32,000 nucleotides of DNA from Caldivirga maquilingensis IC-167 (GTDB taxonomy: Archaea > Thermoproteota > Thermoprotei > Thermoproteales > Thermocladiaceae), in the NCBI RefSeq assembly GCF_000018305.1, contig NC_009954.1:2010001-2042000 (forward strand), written 5' to 3'. The notes beneath the pieces were generated by a model that was given only the letters and a program-made list of their open reading frames with translations, was not told the origin of the DNA and ran no database searches. The stretch's first letter is position 1. Each line of letters starts with the position of its first letter. This document shows positions 24,902 to 32,000 of the stretch, piece by piece. A program made the translations under genes and the position numbers.

Positions 24902-27900
24902 TTAATATATATTAGTGTATGTGGGTTCAATGTAAATAGCGGGTCTACCTGGTAGCGATAACCTAGCCCTATTGGCTGGGTCATTAATGGGCGCCACTGC
25001 ATCCTGTATGGTTACCTTAATGCCAAGCCTCCTCTCAATGTACGATTTGAAACTATGCATTACACTCATCTCCATATCCCTTGATAACTTAAACCTAGGT
25101 AACTTACCGTCAGCAATATCGTTAACAATCCTAGCAACCACCTCACCCTTACCCTTATACTTACTGGCCAGGTTCCTTATCACATCCTTAACAGCAATGC
25201 CCCTGTCCATCATTTCAATGGCTTCATTGAAAATATCGTAAACGTAATCAGGGGGGCCGACGTAAATGTTCACAGCCCCAACCTGACCCCTAACCCTAAT
25301 GACTTCCCTAATATCATCTATAAGCCTCTCAACCACCTTGAAGGCGTTCTCCACATCATCATTAATGTATTGCTGCTCCACCGTAGGCCACCTCTCAGTG
25401 GATACGTATGTTGACTTACCCATACTGTGCCAAATCTCCTCAGCCATATGCGGTGTAATCGGTTGCATCATCCTAACCCAAGCATCCAGAACCTTCCATA
25501 GCGTGTACCTCACCTCATCCTTAGGTAACTCATCCATCAACGTCATGTATACCCTCACTGCATCATATAGGTTGAAGAATACCATTAATGCAAATTGCCT
25601 AATCCTCATCTCCTCAAGGGCCTTAGCACCCTCAGTAATAGTCCTATTTAGGATGCTTAACAGCCATTTAGTGGGTATTGTTGGGTTACTGGGTTCCTTA
25701 GTTTCCTCACCCATGCTTACTATGACTTGAGCCGTATTCCAAATATCCATTAACCTACTAAGCACTGTATCAACCTCGTCACTCCTCCAATCCATTACAT
25801 TATCCAAGTCCGCCGAGTAGGAGACGTATAGTCTCACTAAGTCTGGTGAATACTGTTCAACAGCCTCCTTAAGGTAAATGACGTTGCCTAGGGACTTACT
25901 CATCCTCCTCCCCTCCCTAATTACGTAGTTGTTCACGGATATTGCCCTGGGCCAGTGCCTTTCAGGGAATATTGCGGCGTGATGGGCTATGAAGAAGCTT
26001 AGGTGATTTGATATTAAATCTATACCACTATGCCTTTGATCAACAGGGTACCAGTACTCGAATTCAGCCCTAATACCCTCAATAATGCTTTTATCAACAC
26101 CCAGTGATTTAGCGATGGTCTCAGGGTCTCCTTGACCTAGGAATACGTAATCATAGAAGCTCACTAATTTATTTAAGGCAATTGAATCCTCAGCCTTAGT
26201 TTCAATAACCCTCTTAGCCAACTCACCCAACTTAACGGCTAACCCGGTTTCATTAAGTTTATGGGCTATTGTGTAGAAGGCCATGTAGATTGTTGAGTCG
26301 CTTAACGATTCAATAACCCAATCAGGATCCCACGGCATCCTGGTGCCTAATCCCCTCTTCCTGGCGCAGGGCCTCATGTTTAACCAATCTAGGGTCGCCT
26401 TGAAGTTTTGCCTATACTCCTCAGGTATTATCTTCATGTTATCAAGGGCCTTAAGCATTAGGCTTTTCCAAGTTGGGTCACCGAAGTTAAGGAACCATTG
26501 ATCCTTAATCACCGCCACAATAACCCTTGAACCACCCCTAGTGTACACTCTCCTAGGCTCAATCTCATACATAACGTCTAATAATCCCCTACCCCTCAAC
26601 TCCTCCGTTACCTTAACCCTAGCATCATTAACCTTAACACCGTTGAATGGGGTATTATCACCCATGACTCCATTATAGTACTCCTCCCTGTACACTATGC
26701 TGGTTGCCTCATCTAACCTCTCCCTATCATTCTGGTTCTTAACATTCAGCTTCTCAATAACATCCCTAGCCGGGTACTTGCTGAATCCAGGTAATTTAAT
26801 TATGCTTATTGGCTCAATTGCCTTAACAATACTCTCAATACCGTACCTCCTGAGTAATTCATCATTACTCTTCAAGTCCATTAACGCTGCGTAATCATAG
26901 GGTGCATGTGCAGGAACACTGTACACAACCCCAGTGGCTGTGTCATCGTCAACGAAGGAAGCTGGCAGTATGGGTAACTTAACCCCTATTGGGCTTTCAA
27001 CAAACTTACCCACAAGTTCACTACCCTTAAACTCCCTCAGAACCTTAACATCCTTATCCTGGTACTGAAGCTTCCATGCAGCGGCCTTTGAAATAATCCA
27101 CCTCTCCCCATTAACAATAGCCTCAACGTAAATTGAATCTGGGTTAACCCAAACATTGGTTGCCCCATATATTGTCTCAGGCCTTAGGGTTGCGGCTACT
27201 AGGTATGAGTCATTTAACTTAAACTTCAGTAGATTAAACTGCAGTATGTCTATTTTTAACTCATCCCCACCCCTAATGTCATGTTCACCCACTGCCTGAT
27301 TCTCATCAGGTGCGTAGAGGACTTGATGACGCCCCCTCACTAAGTAGCCCTTTGAGGCTAATTTAACGTACTGCCAGATTATGAAGGAGCTGTAATGTGG
27401 GTCACCTGTCATGAATATTCTCCTGAAATCCATTGAGTAGCCTATTGACTTAAAGTCATTAATGTACGTACCCTTGAAGAAGTTAACAATGTTCCAAGGA
27501 TCCTTAAAGCCATTGACTATTTCACTTGCCTTAACAGGATCCTTAACATACATGTTAACCTCCCTTCTCAACCTATTCTCATACTCCACATCCCCCTTAC
27601 TTAACCTATCCGCAACGGCCTGAATGGGTGTACCAGTTATGTGGAATGCTATTGGGAATAACACGTTGTAACCCATCATTCTCTTAAACCTGGCCACGAC
27701 ATCACCCACGGTGAATGTTCTACCGTGACCCATGTGGGGTGGACCCTCTATGTACGGGTAAGGCACAGTTATGAAGAATTTAGGCCTTGAATTACTTGGA
27801 TTAGCATTGAATACCCCATTACTATACCATTCCTCCTGCCACTTCTCAGCTATTTTAGTAAGCTCCTTAACGAACTCTTCTTTACTTGAGAAGAAACCGC

Positions 27901-27912
27901 ATCAGGGCCCAT
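24902..27912 (-). CDS. leuS: Leucyl-tRNA synthetase with an irregular 5' end: the conserved N-terminal 45 codons have no in-frame start
   Basis: Motifs present: HIGH-type PHMGH, KMSKS-type RMSKS, and editing-domain TLRPETIYGATNVWVNP. The track ORF starts at the GTG at 27766 (VPYPY...), but the frame is open up to 27901 and encodes FFSSKEEFVKELTKIAEKWQEEWYSNGVFNANPSNSRPKFFIT. The upstream ATGs at 27912 and 27902 are in the other two frames. Confidence 0.88.
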
Positions 27913-27924
27913 AATTTAAGTGAG

Positions 27925-27932
27925 TATTTAAG
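27925..27932 (-). promoter_or_regulatory. TATA-box-like element for leuS
   Basis: On the minus strand CTTAAATA begins 30 nt before the ATG at 27902 and 20 nt before the ATG at 27912. A second AT-rich box, AATTAAAG, begins 28 nt before 27912. Confidence 0.45.
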
Positions 27933-28049
27933 CTTTAATTCAGCATTAAGCCGGCGTATAACTTATTCTTAGCGTTGAATTCCCATGCAGTGTTCGAGGA
28001 TGTGGTTTAAATCCATGGGACTCTCATAATGTTTACGTAATTCAAATGC

Positions 28050-28736
28050 CTAGGCACCTATGTTTATGCTACTTCTCTTACCCATCTTACTCATATTAAC
28101 TATGTCATTAACCGTGAGGTTTGGGTAATATCTCCTTATGAACCAGAAGGAGTTCACTATGGGGTAATTGTAGGTTCCATCATCCTCCCTTAAATCCACT
28201 TCACCAATCCTCCATAGGTATGATAAGTAGTTTGAGTATATTTTCCTAGCCTCCACCATCTCTAATGCCGCTGGGAATTCATTAACAAACACTTGACCGG
28301 CTAGGTTTAAGTCCGTGCTTAACTTAATTAATATACCATTACTTAAGCCCTGCTTAACCACTGGGCATACTGTTGAGGCTGCGTACTTAACCTCGAAGTC
28401 TATCACCTTATTTAACCTATCAATGGAGTACCTTATTATCCTTGGTAAATATGGGTAGGCGCGGCAGGTTAAGGGCTTATACTTATTGTGGACTAGGCAC
28501 TTATTGTTACTTAGGAAGGGGCACTTATTATCATCGTCAAGGAGCATTAAGTACGATAGGGCTAAAATAACCTTGTTATTTAAATCAACCACAGTGTAAC
28601 CTGTCCTAAACTTAACTTCAACACCCAATTCCTCAGCCTCATCCTGTATTAAGTAGACTTCGTGGGGTAAAACTGTTACTGGACTTAGCCTACAGCATAG
28701 GCCGCAATTAGGCATGCATTTAAACACAAACGACAC
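28050..28736 (-). CDS. CxxxCxxCC-motif protein, paralogue-like to 12714-13175 (YkgJ/UPF0153-like)
   Basis: The N-terminus has KCMPNCGLCC, with later KCPF, KCLVH, TCRAYP and VCPV. It starts at a GTG. On the minus strand TATTTAAA (28759-28766) begins 30 nt upstream. Confidence 0.7.
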   Translation of the reverse strand: MSFVFKCMPNCGLCCRLSPVTVLPHEVYLIQDEAEELGVEVKFRTGYTVVDLNNKVILALSYLMLLDDDNKCPFLSNNKCLVHNKYKPLTCRAYPYLPRIIRYSIDRLNKVIDFEVKYAASTVCPVVKQGLSNGILIKLSTDLNLAGQVFVNEFPAALEMVEARKIYSNYLSYLWRIGEVDLREDDGTYNYPIVNSFWFIRRYYPNLTVNDIVNMSKMGKRSSINIGA

Positions 28737-28778
28737 TATGGATCACTTTTAAAGGGAGTTTAAATAGGGTTTTTAACC

Positions 28779-29414
28779 CTACTCCCTAGTGTAATGAATA
28801 ACAACCTCCCTACCGCACTCGCATAAGTACCATTTAACTGGCTTAAACCTTGGGGATTGATCAATCTTAAGTGAATCACCCTCTATGAGGCTTGTACCCT
28901 TACCCATCATGAAGGGGGCTATTGTTAACCTAACCTCATCAATTAGGTTCCTGGAGAAGAATTGCCAGAAAACAGCACCACCACCCTCCACTAAGACCTT
29001 CTTAATACCCCTCTCAGTAAGCTTACTTAATAATACTTCAACATCAACCTGCTTATCAAACTCCATAACCTCTATCCCAGCCTTCCTGGCAAGCTCAATC
29101 TTAGCCCTTGGAGCCCTCTCAGTAACGGCAACTAGGGCTGGTGCAGGTGAGTTGAAGAACTTTGACTCTAAGGGAACCCTGAAGGCCCCATCTATAAGCA
29201 CCCTGAGTATCTGCTTACCTGTCTTGGGTGTGTACGTTCCATCAACATCAATTACAGTCTGAGCCCCCACTATGGTGGCGTCTACCTCATCCCTAGCCTT
29301 AAACAACCTCTCTAAATCATATCTGCACGTGAACCTATTTCTAATGTAGGGGTTAGCTATTTTTCCATCCATAGTTATTGACGCTATTGCAATTACGTAG
29401 GGTTTCACATTCAT
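28779..29414 (-). CDS. RibD C-terminal-domain reductase (archaeal 2,5-diamino-6-ribosylamino-4(3H)-pyrimidinone 5'-phosphate reductase type)
   Basis: Motifs present: KPYVIAIASITMDGKIA, DATIVGAQTV, VLVEGGGAVFWQF and DEVRLTIAPFMMGKG. Confidence 0.85.
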   Translation of the reverse strand: MNVKPYVIAIASITMDGKIANPYIRNRFTCRYDLERLFKARDEVDATIVGAQTVIDVDGTYTPKTGKQILRVLIDGAFRVPLESKFFNSPAPALVAVTERAPRAKIELARKAGIEVMEFDKQVDVEVLLSKLTERGIKKVLVEGGGAVFWQFFSRNLIDEVRLTIAPFMMGKGTSLIEGDSLKIDQSPRFKPVKWYLCECGREVVIHYTRE

Positions 29415-29955
29415 CTCGATCTAGTAGGGTTAACAGCTTAAGCATTAAAATCTTATATTCATTTACCGCAGGTATTAGTACCAGGTAACCTGTATAAAGC
29501 CCATATAATATACCAGTATTACCAGGGGCCTCAAGTACAGCTGGTATGGCTAATAAATCCTCCTCACCATCAACAATAATAGTCACCCTATTACCTGAAA
29601 GCACATTAGCATAAGCACTCCTCATGATGTTGAATGATTCGTAACTCAACGTACTCCTCTCATTCCTAACCCTATAAACCACACCATCCATGTCACTATG
29701 CTGAATAACAGTACCCCTCCTGGTGTTTAGATCAATAACCCTTAAGTCAGGCCTCCTCCAGTAGGTGGCTACATTAAGGGATACAACATCACCAACAGTC
29801 GCTATTATGCTTAATTTAAAGTCATTGAACAATTCCCTAGCAATCATTATTGAGTCAGGGGGATCCCTAGGTATTGATATTGCGAAGGGCAATGCCATTA
29901 ACGCCCTTGCGCGTTTACTTCTGAGAATTAACCTAGGGTGATTGGTCTCACTCAT
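29353..29955 (-). CDS. DUF359-family protein (GTP-dependent dephospho-CoA kinase type)
   Basis: Motifs present: ATVGDVVS, RVIDLNTRRG, VDGEEDLLAIPAVLEAP and ILYGLYTGYLVLIP. The start is uncertain between the ATG at 29955 (MSETNHP...) and the GTG at 29982. The 3' end overlaps the riboflavin reductase gene by 62 nt. Confidence 0.72.
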   Translation of the reverse strand: MSETNHPRLILRSKRARALMALPFAISIPRDPPDSIMIARELFNDFKLSIIATVGDVVSLNVATYWRRPDLRVIDLNTRRGTVIQHSDMDGVVYRVRNERSTLSYESFNIMRSAYANVLSGNRVTIIVDGEEDLLAIPAVLEAPGNTGILYGLYTGYLVLIPAVNEYKILMLKLLTLLDRDECETLRNCNSVNNYGWKNS

Positions 29956-30068
29956 ATTAATGACTTCACGTACCTTAAACACCCTATAAAGCTTTTCCCA
30001 CGCATAAGTTTACGATTCAATCACCTGCACCTAGATCCATTACTGTAAGGAGCCCTTAGTGGGAAACA

Positions 30069-30076
30069 CTTATATG
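30069..30076 (+). promoter_or_regulatory. TATA-box-like element for the aminotransferase gene
   Basis: CTTATATG begins 29 nt before the ATG at 30098. Confidence 0.45.
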
Positions 30077-30097
30077 TTTAGTTGCGTGAGTATGCAT

Positions 30098-31303
30098 ATG
30101 AATGTGAAGGATTTACTCTCAGAGCGGACTAACTACATGAAGGCCAGTGACATAAGGGAGCTCCTCAAATGGGCCACGGCTGACGTAATATCCTTCGGAG
30201 GGGGTTTACCGGATTTATCCCAATTACCACTTAATGAGTACTCTGAGGTAGCTAAATTCGTTGTAAGTAACTATGGTTTAAAGGCGCTTCAATATGGTAA
30301 AACAGAGGGGGTTGATGAGCTTAAGGAGGAGTTGGCTAAGTTCATGGCTAAGCAGGGCATTAGGACTGATGCATCATTAATACTACCCACTGTGGGTAGC
30401 CAGGAGGCGCTTGAACTCATGGCAAGGGTCTTCATTGACCCAGGTGACGTAATAATTACTGAGAAACCAACCTACTTTGCTGCATTACAGGCCTTTAGGG
30501 TTTATAGGGCTAGGATAATTGGTGTCGATATGGATAATGATGGATTAATCATTGATAAGCTTGAGGACACGATTAAGAGGCTTAGGAGTGAGGGCGCTAG
30601 AGTAAAGTTCATATACACCATACCCATTTGCCAAAACCCCACTGGGGTAATGATGAGTATTGATAGGAGGAAGGCGCTGCTTGAGTTAGCCAGTAGGTAT
30701 GATTTAATGATTCTTGAGGATAATCCATACAGTTACTTCACCTTTGACCCAGTGGATACAACACCCCTAAAGGCCCTTGATAATGAGGATAGGGTCGTGT
30801 ACACGTCAACGTTCAGTAAGATAATAGCCCCAGGCATTAGATTGGGTTGGGTTGTGGCTAATCAGGATATAGTGAATTGGTTAGCCATAGCTAAGCAGGC
30901 AATGAATCTACATACCCCAACCCTAAGCCAATACATAGCCTACGAATTACTGAGAAGAGGTATAGTGGATAGGTATATTTCTAAGATTAAGGAAACCTAT
31001 AAGGTTAAGAGGGATGCAATGCTTGACGCATTATCCAGGTACATGCCGAGTGGGGTTTCATGGACTAAGCCAAGTGGGGGAATGTTCATATGGGTTACCG
31101 TCCCCGGCAACGTGAGGACTGAGGATATGCTTAACTTAGCTATAAGAAAGTATAAGGTTGCCTACGTACCGGGTAAATCATTCTACCCAGATGAGGATGT
31201 TCATAATGATATGAGACTGAACTTCACCTACCCATCAGTGGACCAGATATATGATGGTGTTAGGAGACTGGCACTGGCCATAGAGGAATATAAAGGCAAG
31301 TAA
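30098..31303 (+). CDS. Class-I PLP-dependent aminotransferase (2-aminoadipate/aromatic aminotransferase subgroup)
   Basis: Motifs present: KASDIRELLK...ISFGGGLPD, QNPTG, STFSKIIAPGIRLGW (PLP Lys) and RLNF. The start is set at 30098 (MNVKDLL...) by promoter spacing; the track start is the GTG at 30059. Confidence 0.88.
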   Translation: MNVKDLLSERTNYMKASDIRELLKWATADVISFGGGLPDLSQLPLNEYSEVAKFVVSNYGLKALQYGKTEGVDELKEELAKFMAKQGIRTDASLILPTVGSQEALELMARVFIDPGDVIITEKPTYFAALQAFRVYRARIIGVDMDNDGLIIDKLEDTIKRLRSEGARVKFIYTIPICQNPTGVMMSIDRRKALLELASRYDLMILEDNPYSYFTFDPVDTTPLKALDNEDRVVYTSTFSKIIAPGIRLGWVVANQDIVNWLAIAKQAMNLHTPTLSQYIAYELLRRGIVDRYISKIKETYKVKRDAMLDALSRYMPSGVSWTKPSGGMFIWVTVPGNVRTEDMLNLAIRKYKVAYVPGKSFYPDEDVHNDMRLNFTYPSVDQIYDGVRRLALAIEEYKGK

Positions 31304-31358
31304 ATTAACTATGTTGCGGTAAAAAATTAAAAGAACACTACCCTAAAGGTTTGAGGAA

Positions 31359-31450
31359 GGGCCCGTAGTCTAGCTTGGTTAGGATGCCCGCCTCACGGGT
31401 GCTGCATCTGGGATCGCGGGAGATCCCGGGTTCGAGTCCCGGCGGGCCCA
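31359..31450 (+). tRNA. tRNA-Val(CAC): tRNA-Val (anticodon CAC) with a 17-nt intron at the canonical 37/38 position
   Basis: The exons are identical to the tRNA at 13858 except for anticodon base 34 (C vs G) and one T-loop base (G vs A). The loop is CUCACG[intron 31398-31414]C. Confidence 0.9.
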
Positions 31451-31553
31451 CTCATCATAGTGTTCTCAATAATGTTTTTAAGTTACTTAACCTTACCTTA
31501 CTGTGCCTCACGGTGTTTTATCAAGGTTACTTAACCCATTCATTAGGGGTGAG

Positions 31554-32000
31554 GTGGAGTTGTTTAATGAGCTTAGTGAACACGCTAAGCTAACCCTTAA
31601 GGCCCTGGATATTATTGAGGGTGCGTTAAGGAGTGGTGACCTTATTAAGGTTAAGGAGGCTGAGGTTGAGGTTAGTGTACTTGAGAATCAGGGTGACGAA
31701 ATCAGTAGGATGCTTTCCCAGGAGGTTTCCACTGGTGCTATAGCAACCCCTATAATGGGTGATGTGGAGATTCTCATAGGTAAGGTTGATGATATCCTGG
31801 ATAGGGTTCACATATTGGCTAGGGAGGTTAGGAGGGCTATGAGTATTTGCGTGAGCCCTGAGGTTAAGAGGGTTCTTTCAGAGGATGTTGTTGAACTCCT
31901 AATGGTTGATAAGAGGGGTGTGGAGGAGTTCATTAACCTAGCGTCCACTATAGCTAATGGTGGTGATTGGAATAAGATTAGGAGTTACGTTTTAATAATA
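31554..32000 (+). CDS. DUF47 (PhoU-like, TIGR00153-type) protein, 5' part; it runs off the window end
   Basis: Absent from the track because it has no stop in the window. The frame is open from 31491. It reads ...LFNELSEHAKLTLKALDIIEGALRSGD...VSVLENQGDEISRMLSQEV...PIMGDVEILIGKVDDILDRV, the DUF47 pattern lE.eaD.i.r...D...L....DdI.D. The start is the GTG at 31554 or the TTG at 31560. A TGAGGTG SD-like motif lies at 31550-31556. Confidence 0.68.
   Translation, partial: MELFNELSEHAKLTLKALDIIEGALRSGDLIKVKEAEVEVSVLENQGDEISRMLSQEVSTGAIATPIMGDVEILIGKVDDILDRVHILAREVRRAMSICVSPEVKRVLSEDVVELLMVDKRGVEEFINLASTIANGGDWNKIRSYVLII

Noticed and set aside
24602-29262. ORFs 24602-24820, 24972-25241, 25299-25730, 26697-26894 and 28885-29262.
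   Set aside because: They lie antisense to the 172-aa ORF, LeuRS and the RibD-type reductase. They are Ser/Leu/Thr-rich reverse-frame products.
31375-31811. ORF 31375-31593 (+) and ORF 31626-31811 (-).
   Set aside because: The first starts inside tRNA-Val(CAC). The second lies antisense to the DUF47-like frame, which runs off the window and therefore is not in the track.
1-32000. A scan for CRISPR arrays, rRNA genes, IS elements and long tandem repeats.
   Set aside because: I saw no regularly spaced direct repeats, no rRNA-like sequence and no transposase or integrase-like ORFs. The only long near-identical sequences are the two tRNA-Val genes.

Overview
The window reads as chromosomal DNA of a thermophilic crenarchaeon. 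A Thermoproteales-like origin is my inference from three tRNA genes with canonical-site introns, e-type ribosomal proteins S26e and L21e, TATA boxes about 30 nt upstream of start codons, and roughly mid-40s % GC. I found no rRNA, CRISPR array, transposase or integrase. The content is mostly housekeeping, in four blocks. (1) 1-7062 is a divergent aerobic respiratory locus: a CuA subunit II and a downstream S/T-linker membrane protein on the minus strand, facing haem-copper oxidase subunit I, a Tat-signal Rieske protein, cytochrome b and a 651-aa membrane/Fe-S fusion protein on the plus strand. (2) 7398-13773 holds thiolase, TrpRS, a GH116 glycosidase cut in two by one in-frame TAG, a CxxCxxCC protein and S26e. 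(3) 13858-15742 holds tRNA-Val(GAC) followed by a low-GC two-gene islet: a heptad-repeat, sequon-rich surface stalk protein and a membrane protein. (4) 15940-32000 holds an HDAC-GNAT operon, a Roadblock-like protein, an eIF-2B-family protein, an NDP-sugar dehydrogenase, tRNA-Thr(CGU), a THUMP protein, L21e, small RHH/wHTH proteins, a DsbA-like protein, LeuRS, a second CxxCxxCC protein, an archaeal riboflavin reductase, a DUF359 dephospho-CoA kinase, an aminotransferase, tRNA-Val(CAC) and a partial DUF47 protein. Six things deserve a second look. First, the uncharacterised membrane + NapH/CcoG-like + 7Fe-ferredoxin protein is translationally coupled to cytochrome b. Second, the GH116 gene has its nucleophile and acid/base residues on opposite sides of a TAG-ATG junction that is preceded by GGAGG. 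Third, the conserved first 45 codons of LeuRS have no in-frame start, and the two upstream ATGs sit in the other two frames. Fourth, about 26 uninterrupted heptads carry N-glycosylation sequons in the islet protein. Fifth, TrpRS carries a C-x22-C-x6-C-x2-C motif. Sixth, a deacetylase and an acetyltransferase share one operon. All functional calls come from motif reading by eye. No database search was run.
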